Shown here in pieces: positions 1-12,245 of a stretch of 64,000 nucleotides of DNA. Made by a program: the position numbers and the translations under genes. The notes beneath the pieces are model-generated. The model was not told where the DNA came from. It was given only the letters and a program-made list of their open reading frames with translations, and did not search any database. How positions within the stretch are numbered: position 1 is the stretch's first letter; each line of letters starts with the position of its first letter. This DNA comes from Cyanophora paradoxa CCMP329. Its lineage: Eukaryota > Plantae > Glaucophyta. The stretch is from contig QPMI01000131.1 of the NCBI GenBank assembly GCA_004431415.1, positions 9,983 to 73,982 of the forward strand, read 5' to 3'.

Positions 1-1516
1 GTCACATCGACTCTCATGGTCGGGGCATTTATATATACCAGCGGATATATTCGTATATATCTTGTTCTCAGTGGGAAACCTATATAGAAAACATCGTTTA
101 TTGCAAGCGGAAAGCCCCCGTTATATGATACATCCCCAGAATTATGTGCATTATTTATATTCTCACATACAAACATTCTATTCACACCTTCATACTTGAT
201 ATATGACCATGAAACCCATCTTGCGATGTTGCAACATTGAAAGTCTTAATAAACGCAGTTGTTATACCTGACCCATAAGCAATTATCGAAGCGATCTCAT
301 ATGTATATGGGAATGCTATTTGCAGATATTCTGTTGGCGTTTCCCATACTCCGTTAATTGCGGATGCATTCGCTTCCCATCCAGTTAATGATGGGCGGGC
401 TTTAAATGCCTCCTTTCCAAATTTCGCAGACGAAGCGGTAAACGCATTATCAGGTAGAAGATACCAATTAGCATCAATGGGAGGTATGTTATTAAGAGTG
501 GATGATACATACGATCGGACAGGGTTCTTAATCTCATAGTTTGTTACCAGCAAATCACAGAGTCTATTAATCATATTGTCGTTTGCTTCTATATACGATT
601 CGGTCGCAGCTATCATTTCAGGAATCTTAGAGGTATCATCAAGGGAGTTCAATATATCTTTCGGAAGCGGCACAGAGAGTCTATAATATCTTGCATATCC
701 TTGGTCATCGTTATATGGTAGAAACTCATGCATCTTTTCAAGAGCAGACAGTTCACTTGCAGCCATAAGCATATTGATTAATGGACTTCCAGAGGTCGAA
801 GCAATCCATGAGAGAATACCCCAGGTATTCACGTTCTCATAAGGATAACCGACGGTTGATGCATCGGTTTCGTTAACCTCACCACAAGAGATGCTAATAA
901 CTATAATGTCGTCGTCGTTATCATATATCTTTTTCGCGTGACTGTAACCACAAACGCTTGGGTTATTGTTACCAGATATTGCACCATCAATTAGACACAT
1001 GCCGTCGTAATCGACAGGAGCGAAATATGTAGGAGCGGCAGAAGTAGAACGTGCTGCAATCTTACTTGGTATGGTCTTGTAATCGTTGTCGTTTGCTATA
1101 AAAATGGGTTTCATGCTTACAGTGTCGAACGTCGTAATCACCACGTCTTTCAGGGAATCTTTTATGAGAGCTTCCCCAGTCACAGAGAGAATGGCGGTCT
1201 CTAATGGTGTTACGTCGTATTTCGTATTAAAAAGGGCATTCTCTATGATGTTTCGTGGATTCGCAAAGATCAGAGGGAGATGATAGAGGTAAGTATCGTG
1301 AAGGTCGGTTGCAGTTAGTTTAGGTTCATTTGGAAATTCGGGGTTTTTCACATTGAGACCGATTGCAATAATACCGCCTGTGGATGTTCCACTTACGAGA
1401 TCTACAAGATCGATCACGCGTTTACCGGTTCTTGTTTCGATCTCTTTTAGCAATCTTGTTATGATGATACCACGAGCGCCACCTCCGGACAAAGATAATA
1501 CGACTTTTAGGGGCAT
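1..1516 (-). CDS. Patatin-like phospholipase fused to a C-terminal F5/8 type C (discoidin) domain; frameshifted near 212, 3' end beyond the window
   Basis: Patatin motifs GGGARG, GTSTG, SAAPTYF and DGA. The C-terminus (FTASS...W...EYLQIAF...IKTFNVATSQDG) continues after a 1-nt shift as WSYIKYEG...TRYIRIYPLVYINAPTMRVDV, a typical discoidin ending, and runs off position 1. Confidence 0.88.
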
Positions 1517-1564
1517 CTTTACTTATCTTAAATTTAATAAATCTGTATAAGTAGAGCAAGCAGG
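1517..1564. promoter_or_regulatory. Short bidirectional viral promoter region
   Basis: 48-bp AT-rich gap between divergent ATGs. ATAAGTA(A/G)AG occurs in inverted orientation, once upstream of each start. Confidence 0.45.
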
Positions 1565-4500
1565 ATGAGTTTCAATTATCCAGCAAATTTACAGACAGTA
1601 TCAGGTGGTGGTAAAGGGAACCCAAAACATGTGAACTTTGATAATATCACCATTAAAGGGTCGGCTTCTATTGATCAGAGCGCGGATAAACCCTCGAAAA
1701 CTCATCCCCGGGTTCATGCTTTATCGGTGAACCAAACGGATCCTGATAAAGAAGATGTTAGCATTGCTTTCAGTTTGGGCAATGTTAAAAAAAACGCTGT
1801 TGCAGAGATCAAGGCAACCAGAAGGAGACCACGGAAACTTAAAACCAGTGGAACGCATCCCGATATTCCCACACGATTCGATAGCGGACGTTTGGTTTTC
1901 AACGTCCAGGATGAGAAGGGAGTTCATCGTAGCGGTTTGAGAATTTATAATGAAGGATCAAATACGATTGCACAAATTCCCCAGATTTTACAGGTAGCCC
2001 CACATGGCGAAGAGAATCAGATTCGCCACACCAACAGTATTTATCCGAAGGACATCGTCGAAAATGCAGAAACTAATGCACTGTTTGGTTTCACTCTTCC
2101 ACAGGATACTTCCAAAGAAAAAGATTCAATCACGGTCGACAGTAGCCCCAGTCAACCAGTAGCCATTCATTTACACCCCGACCTTGTCGAAATGGATAGG
2201 CATTTACTACCTTTGAAAACAAATACCAAAGACCTTGGTATTAGAACCCGACAGTGGCGAAATATTCACGGTAGCAACGTGTATGCAAACGGTGAGAAAC
2301 TTGTAAGCGAGAAAACTATCAGAGAAATATTCGAACATTACGGACCTGTTCCGGTTCCGTTTCCTCTACCATGGGATCCGCCAGATCTTACACCAAAGAA
2401 GCAACCAGGAAGAGAGTATACAGCAGAAGAGAACGTTGCATTTGGGCAACATATCGTGAGTTGGGAAAAAGTTCGAAACAAACCAGTATTTACAGTGTAT
2501 CAACCACCAACAGAAGAGCTTCTTGCACCAGATGTGAACGTTATACCTCTTGAAGATCGACGATTCGAAGAAGATAATGAGTTACCTGATGGTTTCGATC
2601 CAAACCTTATAACATACGATCGCTACGAACCATATGATGAACAGCTTTTACCTGATGGATTCGCACCCGATCTATTTGATTTCATTGTTGATTGGGAGGA
2701 CATCCGAAATAAACCCCAAACATATCCACCTGATCCCCATGCTCACGATTGGGACGAAATAGAGAACAAACCTGATAGATTCCCACCTGTGGATCATAGA
2801 CACGATTGGGAGGATATCGATGGAATACCAGAAGAATTTCCACCAGAAGACCATAGACACACTTGGGATCAAATCGATGCACCAGAAGAGTTTCCACCAG
2901 CACCACATAGACACAATTGGAACCAAATCGACCAGCAACCTACATTCGCATCAGCAGGTGATGCTGTCAATGATGGGCTACATGGTGTGAGTCTCTATAA
3001 GAATATAGACACAGAGGAAAGATTAATGTTAGATACGTATTACGTCAATCGTCACGGAATAAATGCAGGCACCACAATGGAAGGCGAATTATATATCAGA
3101 CCACCTACACGAGTTAATTTAGTTGCAGCAGGTGGAGGTATTGGAGTAATGCAGAATAAACCGGGCATCTATCTAACAAGTTACTACCCAGATGACATCC
3201 CGATGACAGTTACATTACCACCTATCCCATCTCTTCCAGCCGATCCAATTAATTTTGTAGACAAAGATGCAGCAATCCAAATTAACGTTACTGATGTAAG
3301 CGCTCTTGATGGATCAAGACCAAAGTTAATATTTAGTCGAGATCGGCTCTTACCTGATGATTTAATTGGAGATCGAGACGATTATAAGCAATGTGAGATA
3401 GGGTGGATTAAAACCAATTATAATGATGTTGATAAGCAAGGGGTCTTGGAAATCAATCAGAGAGCAGCAGCAAAAAACATACACAACGAAACAATATCAC
3501 GAGTGGTCACAGAGGATTATTTAGAAAACAAGAATTACATAGATGGAACCGAATTAGCTACGGCTTTGCTTCCTTTGGCGGCAGTTTCAACTGTCCAATC
3601 TTGGTTAGGTAACTACCTTCCCCTCACAGGTGGAACCATAACAGGTAATCTGACAGTCAATGATACATTGAGTGTAGGTAAAGAGATACACCTAAGTGGA
3701 AATCAGTTCGAGAGAGGATCCCAAGATTTCTCTACATATAATCCAAGGGAAATAGCAGATTGCCTACTTCACTTTAACGCAAACTCTGATAATTGGAAGA
3801 GTGGAGCGCTTGTTTATGAACTCAAAAATTACGCAAGGGGCGGCTCAGTTTGGAATTATATTAATGTAGTTAACACTCTTGTTAGTTACGGCAGTGTTAC
3901 TTTCAGCTTCCTCGGTCCAAATAGTAAAAAGTTCTACCAGGTGGCTACCACAAACACATTTTCATTCATCAATTATCAATATCAAACTTCTACTCTTTAT
4001 GATACTATTCCTTTCAGCGGAATTACGGTCTCATTTGTCATTCGATTTAAACCAAGCGTTCCAAATGAAACAGTTTTACGAATCGACGGCTCAACACATG
4101 TGAATGGAAACAATCTCAGTTGGTTGATTACTAAAACAAGCGGGTATTTGAATGTCAATAAGAATGGCTACGATTTAGTGAGCATTCCAATATCAACAAC
4201 AGAAGGGAATTCTTGGACAATGTTCGATATTCGAGTAACAAGCACAACTGTTCATTTTGGTGTAAATGGAAAACATAGAGATACAATATCTGTTCCTGCC
4301 GATTCAAGATATCCACGCCAAGATGTCAATAAAATACATGTGGGTGATAGCGTTTCAAAATTCGATTTATGCGAACTCCTTTGTTATGGTAGAACCCTTT
4401 CAGATACAGAACTACAAAATATTAGATGGTATTTACAGCAAAAATACGGTTTTCCGGAAGACCCTTTAAATCCATATCCATTGGATAACAACAAGATTCT

Positions 4501-7500
4501 TGTTAGAACTAATGAGTTTAAAGTAACCGGCACCCTCTTGGCGACGAACGTTATTATGACTACATCAACCTCAGGCACAGTATCGACTATGAGCCTTCAA
4601 GAAAAAACAAATAGCTTGGAAGAGAGTATTTATACACAACAAGAGGCAATTACAGCACTCCAAACTGAGGATGCCGCACTTGCAACAAGAATAAATAACA
4701 TAGAGAGTGATTATACTTCTTCTAATGTGGTTCAAGAATGGACAGCACCTTTAACGGCATCGAATGTAGTTCAAGAGTGGATAGCACCATTGACTGCATC
4801 GAATGTAGTTCAGGAATGGATTGGACCTTTAACAGCATCGAATGTGGTTCAAGAGTGGATTGCGCCATTAACTGCATCGAATGTGGTTCAAGAGTGGATA
4901 GCACCTTTAACAGCATCAAATGTGGTTCAGGAATGGATATCAGATTACTTACCTCTCACAGGAGGGACACTGTCAAGTAATCTTACCATCTCGGGTAATC
5001 TCAAAGTGTCAAGCAACATTCAATTAGGAACTCATGGGACGGTTTTAGATGTGACTTATGACACACCCTATTATCCTATCACATCCAACACTGACCCTGC
5101 ATTTACAATTCCGAATTGTCTTATAGCTGCAAAACCATCTGGCTATGCCCATCTACAAAATGGGCATGGAACAACGATCACCAACCGAGCAACATTGGCT
5201 GTTCCATTCATTCCACAATTTTTTATGACTGGTTCCTCACGGGAATCATACTATAAAATAAATCCATTACTAAATAACCAACTTACTTTGAAAGCATCTG
5301 ACAACCCCAATTCATCCATTCATTTGTTTTCAAACAGAAATGATACTGTGGATTGGAGTGAGGGAATAACAATATTTAGTGTGTGTAGTGTGAGGTCACT
5401 TACATTGGTCCATGCAGTGTTTGGCGTGTTTAATTATAATGTGCATGAAGTAAGGTATGGCACACACATAGATTGGTTTGTGAACCCACCTGTTTGCAAA
5501 TGGGGCATGAATAGATATGTCCATGTTGCTGATGGGGTTAACATGCAATATGGAACACCAACATATAGTAATCTCCCAACTGTCTATATGCCTTATGAGG
5601 AATATGCAAATTACAAATTTGCATACTGGGACACAACCATTACTTCAAACAGCATATCATATTCAATGAATGGGAAGCATTTAGGAACTGTTGCTGGTAA
5701 CTGGCTTCCACCATCATCATTTAATAATTTAGGACCTGCAAATATTGGGGGAGAGTTTGCAGAACTACTTGTTTTCAATAGAGCCTTGACCGAGATTGAG
5801 AAGCAACAGGTGAGGTATTATATTCAGCAGATGTATGGATTTCCTATAACTCAACCTCTTTACTATCCTGATAATATGCGAATATCAGCAAATTATCTCT
5901 ATCTAAACAACTTACACATTGGTTCAAATGCTATCATTCCAAACTATACCACATCAAATGTGGTTCAAGGTTGGATACAGAACCACACACCTGCGTGGTC
6001 AAATATCACAGATAAACCATTAACTTTTGCTCATGATGCTCATTCTCACACAAAGTCAGAGATAACAGATTTCGCCATACTCATTTATGGCGGACATCAC
6101 AGATAACCGTTAACATTTGCGCCTGATACTCATTCTCACACAAAATCACAATAACAGATTTCGCCATTCTCATTTATGGAGGACATCACAGACAAACCAT
6201 TAACGTTTACTCCTGCTATTCACACTCACACAAGTCAGAGATAACAGATTTGCCACACTCATTATGGGCAGATCTCACAGACAAACGTTAACATTTACTC
6301 CTACTACTCACACTACACAAATCACAAATAACAGATTTCGCCCATTCTCACACAAGTCAGAGATAACAGATTTGCCCACACTCATTTATGGCAGACCTCA
6401 CAGACAAACCGTTAACATTTACTCCTACTACTCACACTCACACAAAATCACAAATAACAGATTTTGCCCATTCTCATACGAAGTCAGAGATTACAGATTT
6501 TGCACACACCCATTTATGGGCAGATCTCACAGACAAACCGCTCACGTTTACTCCTTCTGCGCACACTCACACAAAGTCTCAAATTACAGATTTCGCCCAT
6601 TCTCATACAAAGTCAGAGATAACAGACTTTGCCCACACTCATTTATGGAATGACATCACAGACAAACCATCAACGTTTGCCCCTTCTGCGCACACTCATG
6701 ATTACTTGCCTCTCACAGGAGGAACAATTTCCTCAAATCTTACGATTTCATCCAACTTGAATGTTATAGGAAAAATTCAAATTGGAGACAAAAATACAAA
6801 CATTGATGTATACTATGACGCACCCTATTATCCTGTTACTTCTAATACAGACCCCGCTTTTGCCATACCAGATTGCCTCTTAACAATAAGATTAGATGTT
6901 GTCCCTGTCGGCATAAACATCAGTCACGCCTTTATTGCAAATAGAGCAACTACGGCAATTCCCTTTATTTCCGGGGTAACCTTCCCATGGTCAGGATACA
7001 ACACAATAACTCAATTGAGATCTGATTACAATAACCGAAACATTGCCCAACAACCTACTTATTCATATACAAGCCGGGAATTTGGAATGCCGTATCCCGT
7101 AACTGTGGATTGGTCAAAAGGTATCACCATCTTCTTTGCAGGTTCTTATAGATTTTGGGGACCGTTGGTAGATCTCTTAAATTTTAGTTCACCAGATGGA
7201 ACTAATAAAGTATCCTTTGGGACAACAGGTAGCAGTATGGGTATACATTCTTATACAAGCAATGGTGTGACTTACCCAGCAGCACACTTAAATTATCCCA
7301 CATCGTATTCTGAGTTGTCGCCGAATCATTGGGACTTTACAGTTTCTTCAAATGTCTGCACTTTCGGATTTAACGGACAAGATTTAGGCACAGTCATTAC
7401 AGAAGTGGATTATCTTCCACCTTCCACTTTTAGTAGGATGGGTGTTGCCTATTTCATTACGGCAGTAGGGGAATATATTATATTCAACAGAGCATTGACA

Positions 7501-9560
7501 TTTGATGAAAGGCAAAAAGTGAGATATTATATGCAAGATTATTTTGGCTTTCCAAAAAAGCAAACAATCGTTATTCCTGATAATCTACGCATTTCTGCTG
7601 AAAATGTTCATATTAGAAATTTAATCGTTTCTTCAAATGCAAGCATTCCAAACTATACCACATCAAATGTGGTTCAAGGTTGGATACAGAACCACACACC
7701 TGCGTGGTCAAATATCACAGACAAACCGTTAACGTTTGCTCCTGATGTTCATACTCACACAAAAGACCAAATATCAGACTTTTCCCATTCTCATTTATGG
7801 AATGACATCACAGACAAACCGTTAACCTTTGCTCCTGCTGCCCATTCTCATTTATGGAACGACATCACCGATAAACCATTAACCTTTGCTCCTGATGCTC
7901 ATTCTCATGCATGGACAACCATTACAGGTAAACCATTAACCTTTGCTCCTGATGCTCACACTCACACAAAGTCTCAAATAACAGACTTCGCCCACAATCA
8001 TTTATGGGCGGACATCACAGACAAACCGTTAGCGTTCACTCCTACTACTCACACTCACACAAAGTCTCAAATTACTGATTTTGCCCACACTCATTTATGG
8101 GCGGACATCACAGACAAACCGTTAACATTTGCTCCTGCTGCTCACTCTCATTTATGGGCGGACATCACAGACAAACCATTAACATTTGCACCTGCTGCTC
8201 ATACTCATGATTGGATAGGTATTACAAATAAACCTTTGCTGTTTCCGCCCGATGCTCATACACACCCTTGGAGTAGTATAACAGAAAAACCATTAACATT
8301 TCCGGCAACAGCTCACACTCATTTATGGAATGATATTACAGACAAACCAACATTTGCAACTGTTGCGACAACCGGAAATTATGATGATTTAATTAACAAG
8401 CCAACATACACAGCGCCCACAAATTTTGACGCTACAAGTATTATTTCCACAGATCGCACAGGTGATTGGAGAAATTACAACGGAGGAATATTGACAGGGA
8501 CACAAATACTTGGGCGAACACATGGGCTGCTTCTGATGAAGATTGTAGTAGCTGTAAAATGTATTGGAATGTCCCAACAGGAATGAAATCTTGTTATATC
8601 TATTATGCTTGTCATTACAATTGTAGATACTTTGATGTGGTGGGAATTTATCCTCCAACAACTGTGTATACATATTTACGAGTAAATGCCTATTCTACTG
8701 CAATCGACCCATCAAAGGAATTCAAACAGTATGTTGGAATAAATTGTGAAGGACTAACCAAAGTTGGTGTTCATGGACAGAAAGGAAGAATTTATTTACC
8801 CGGTCCAATTGCTGTTGGATGGAGCAAAAACCCTGCTGTAACTTCACACAGTGGTTACTGTCATTGGGATAATATCTTCGGAAAACCAACAGCTTCAACA
8901 TCTGTCGGTCCTCACTCACACAGCAAAGCAGATATCACAGATTTTGCACATACTCACACAAAGGCAAATATTACAGATTTTGCCCATACTCACACTAAAT
9001 CAGAAATCTCAGATTTGCCTTCTTTTGATCCATTCACAGCCAATACGATCACAGCAAATAATACTATGTATGTAGGATCGGGTTCAATAGTAACTCCTGC
9101 ATCACCCACAAACCAAGAAACATGGTTCTTCCACAATTCCGCAAACTTTTATGATAAAACACTGCTCTGTCGTGGAAATGCTTATGCAAGAGCATTTTAT
9201 GCGATGAATGCAGGAACCACAAACACAATCAGCCAAGTTCCATCTTGGTATGATATAGAAAGACGTTTCAAATCAGGAAAATATCAAGCCACAAGTGGTG
9301 TTATAAGCGCGGGTCAAACAACACAGCATGCATATGTTTTATATTGGGACCCACCTTTTTACACTCAGACACCTGTTGTAAATGCCACACTTCAAGGAAC
9401 TCCTGCAACAAACCCAGGGGATGTAGATTTTAGAATTGGAATCTCAAACTCCACAGCTAACTACACAACAATCTATGTGACATTCATAGCATCCCCTACT
9501 CTATCTGAAAGTCGAAGTATCACATGCACTATCCATTGGACATGTCATGGTATACCATAA
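1565..9560 (+). CDS. Giant modular virion fibre/adhesin (~2,660 aa if joined), split in this assembly into ORFs 1565-6106, 6388-8586 and 8466-9560
   Basis: HxHxWxDITDKP / HTHTKSxITDF phage-tail-repeat-like motifs run across all three ORFs. Three YLPLTGGT(I/L)xxNLT starts each precede a ConA/LamG-like module ending in ELLxFNRALT..E.Q.VRYY.QQ.YG. Breaks are single-base losses in repeats (6075-6390) and near 8500. Confidence 0.8.
4715..4941 (+). repeat. 39-bp (13-aa) coding tandem repeat x6, TASNVVQEWIAPL
   Basis: Visible in both the DNA and the 1513-aa translation. Confidence 0.95.
5995..6700 (+). repeat. Array of His-rich fibre shaft repeats (WADITDKPLTF / HTHTKSQITDFA); a second array lies at ~7705-8350
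   Basis: Repeated acagacaaaccgttaac and cactcacacaaagtc units. Confidence 0.9.
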
Positions 9561-9609
9561 TTAACTCACAGATCGCTTTATTTTTCTAATCTTCTTAGTA
9601 AAAGAAGCA

Positions 9610-10455
9610 ATGGGTGAATACAACCGAGTCCAATTACCGGTTTACGCATTGGGTGCGCCCGCAATTCATTTCAGACAACATGAAGTATCCGATGAGATTC
9701 GTGGTATGGAATCAACAGAACGCGCAAACTCAGGAAATGCGTTCGATAAAAACAGTGTGATTCGCGTAAAAGAACTACGAGCCGATAAGAATTCGGGTGT
9801 GGTAAAAACAACTCAATTATTGGTTACAAATGCGAATTTTCAATCAGCAAACGGAGAACCCGATGCGTATGGTGTAGATATCAAAGCATTCCAATTCGAC
9901 AATACGCGAGCCGCCGCCGTTATCCGATCAGGAGGCGCTGTTATTGGTGGTGGATGCCGAGTATCCGGAATGCTTGGCTCTTCTGCTGCGTTTAACGATA
10001 TTCCGGACACCTTACCTGAACATGCAGATAATCCCCAACGAATGCGTATGTTTCTTCCATGTGGAGATTCCCCATATGCTTTTGCTATCATACGAGCAAA
10101 TGTAAATATAAATGATGCTACCCAACCCCAAGGTATTGACGGACCTTGGAAAATGGCTGATCAACTTTTACCGAAAGCGATTTACTCCATGTGTCGCTCT
10201 CAGAATGGAGGTGTAGAAGGATATACATTCATTGTTCAAGCGGTAGGTCATGGAGGGCGTGGATGGGTTATAAGAAATCCTGCAACACAACCCAACACTT
10301 TTGATTTTTGGGCATCTGAGGTTGGAGGTTATGATATTATGATTTATGGATATCGTAATGATGAGGCGGCATGGGCTGTTGCTAACTGCATAAATCCCGA
10401 TGCTCAACTATCGAATTTCTATAATGAACCATACCCCGAAGATCCCGTCCCATAA
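9610..10455 (+). CDS. Hypothetical viral protein, 281 aa, paralog of 10475-11320; possibly fibre-associated
   Basis: Clean ORF. Shares GxESTE, ELRxDxNSGVVKTTxLLVTNANF, RSGGAxIGxGxRVxG, LPxxIYxxCR and IxxYxxRND with its neighbour. Confidence 0.75.
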   Translation: MGEYNRVQLPVYALGAPAIHFRQHEVSDEIRGMESTERANSGNAFDKNSVIRVKELRADKNSGVVKTTQLLVTNANFQSANGEPDAYGVDIKAFQFDNTRAAAVIRSGGAVIGGGCRVSGMLGSSAAFNDIPDTLPEHADNPQRMRMFLPCGDSPYAFAIIRANVNINDATQPQGIDGPWKMADQLLPKAIYSMCRSQNGGVEGYTFIVQAVGHGGRGWVIRNPATQPNTFDFWASEVGGYDIMIYGYRNDEAAWAVANCINPDAQLSNFYNEPYPEDPVP

Positions 10456-10474
10456 TTATGTTTCGATATATTAA

Positions 10475-11320
10475 ATGGCTGCACCTGCACCACCTGAACG
10501 CATCTTAACTGCGCAACTATCGTTAGCTGCGCCCGCAAACCACGTATTACAGCATGCTATTATCGATAATATCGATGGTCTCGAATCCACAGAAATCGCA
10601 CCAACTCTCAATACCTTCGGTGATACTCATATGCTGAGACTGAGAGAGTTGCGATGTGACACCAACAGTGGAGTGGTGAAAACAACGAGACTTCTTGTAA
10701 CAAATGCGAACTTCAACGCTCATTATGGAGATCCCGACAGTTACAATGATGATAATAAGGTTACCAACTTTGCTTACGAAGCAAGAAGGGGCGCAATTAA
10801 ATGTAGATCCGGAGGCGCTTATATTGGGGACGGACTAAGAGTTGGTGGTATCATTGGAGCGCCTCTAATCGTAAATGACCAACCCAATCCTGATGATGAA
10901 AACACGAGAATTAGAACGTATTGCCCGGGTATGAATGAACCTTACATTATTAAAATAAACACGATTATAATAAACCTGCAAACTGCCGTAATTGACATAA
11001 TAGAACCGCTGGGAAACCATTACAGATATACCGAAAAGCTACCTGCGGATATTTATGCATTATGTAGGAGAACCGATGTAGCAAGACCACGTATTACAGT
11101 TCAAGTAGTCCCCGTCGATAATTTTGGTCTTGCTTTCCATTCATTGCCTCTTTTGGATACGCAAGATGATGAATATATAATTAGGGCAACACAACAAGGA
11201 ACATTCACGGTTATTATGTATGCCGAAAGAAACGATGCAATCGCAAGAGGAAACCGCTATGGTCAATATCTAACCACAAATCTCTATAATCCCATCGGCG
11301 GTAGCGATCCGCTACCATAA
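10475..11320 (+). CDS. Hypothetical viral protein, 281 aa, paralog of 9610-10455
   Basis: Clean ORF starting 19 bp after its paralog, with the same conserved blocks. Confidence 0.75.
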   Translation: MAAPAPPERILTAQLSLAAPANHVLQHAIIDNIDGLESTEIAPTLNTFGDTHMLRLRELRCDTNSGVVKTTRLLVTNANFNAHYGDPDSYNDDNKVTNFAYEARRGAIKCRSGGAYIGDGLRVGGIIGAPLIVNDQPNPDDENTRIRTYCPGMNEPYIIKINTIIINLQTAVIDIIEPLGNHYRYTEKLPADIYALCRRTDVARPRITVQVVPVDNFGLAFHSLPLLDTQDDEYIIRATQQGTFTVIMYAERNDAIARGNRYGQYLTTNLYNPIGGSDPLP

Positions 11321-11341
11321 ATCTACGGTATATATAGAGGA

Positions 11342-11578
11342 ATGGATGAAAAAACAAGGAGATTTATTGAGTCTGCGATAATGGTTCATGGACTTGATAA
11401 GTTTGATTACACCGAAACTGTCTATAAAAAGGCGCAAGAGAAGGTATCTGTGAGATGCCTGCAATGTAATAAAGTCTTTCAGACTTATGGATTTAACCAT
11501 ATAAAGGGGTCAGGATGTAGACAGTGTTCTAAGAAACACTCTCATGCATACAGAAAAAGACTACATGGGGAATCGTAA
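11342..11578 (+). CDS. Small zinc-ribbon protein (DUF723-like module seen in viral endonucleases)
   Basis: FIESAIMVHGLDKFDY...VRCLQCNKVFQ...NHIKGSGCRQC pattern. No nuclease domain attached. Confidence 0.7.
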   Translation: MDEKTRRFIESAIMVHGLDKFDYTETVYKKAQEKVSVRCLQCNKVFQTYGFNHIKGSGCRQCSKKHSHAYRKRLHGES

Positions 11579-11798
11579 TAGAAGAGAAACCGATTATGTT
11601 ATATTTTGATTAGAGTTTCGAAAGAGAAATGAGCATCTTTCCGCATTTACCTTTGGTTATTATGCAAGTATCAAAGCAATTCGGACATGTCTTATGATAA
11701 TGGAGCATTATGATATCGACCAACTCATACGGAAATACTTTCGCTAAGATGGTTCGCATCCTACCAATTTCGTTTTTTATTTTCTATATAATTCATAA

Positions 11799-12197
11799 AT
11801 GAATCATCGCGGTTCCCATGTAATGTTAGATTACAAGTTCAATCATCCATTGATGGTGGGATTGGAAAACTTGGAGACCACAACAACGTGGTTAATGCAA
11901 TTTTTACAATCTATTATACAAGAGCAAGGTATCCGAGTTGTTCACAAGCATTGCGAGATTTTCGATGGTGGTGTTTCGCCACCGGGTTTTGCGATGGTAT
12001 TACTTCTTGATGAGAGCCATTGCACCGCTCATTGTTACTCTGACCAAGGAATGTTAGCGATTGATGTATTCACTTGCGGAACCGAAGCGCAAAGTAAGAC
12101 CTCCGTAATATCTAAATTGATAGATGAGAGAATAACAGAGATCTTTTCAGGGTTGGAGAAAGCGGAGAAGCAGATAGCAGCGCGATTTCCGAGTTAA
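11799..12197 (+). CDS. speD: S-adenosylmethionine decarboxylase proenzyme, short prokaryote-type (pyruvoyl-dependent)
   Basis: GSHVMLD N-terminus, PPGFAMVLLLDESHCTAH with the E|S self-cleavage site, and AIDVFTCG. Confidence 0.88.
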   Translation: MNHRGSHVMLDYKFNHPLMVGLENLETTTTWLMQFLQSIIQEQGIRVVHKHCEIFDGGVSPPGFAMVLLLDESHCTAHCYSDQGMLAIDVFTCGTEAQSKTSVISKLIDERITEIFSGLEKAEKQIAARFPS

Positions 12198-12245
12198 TCA
12201 CACTGAGATTTTGAAGAAATATAACATGTCTTATTGAATATCGTC

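Noticed and set aside
6075-6390. Programmed frameshifting or pseudogenisation of the fibre gene
   Set aside because: Clustered single-base losses in repeats and homopolymers, also seen in host genes (e.g. ~60253), point to long-read consensus error. Cannot be settled without reads.
1565-9560. Bacteriophage prophage assignment
   Set aside because: Tail-repeat motifs also occur in eukaryotic virus fibres. There are no consistent Shine-Dalgarno sites or phage structural operon, and the flank is eukaryotic. Not fully excluded.
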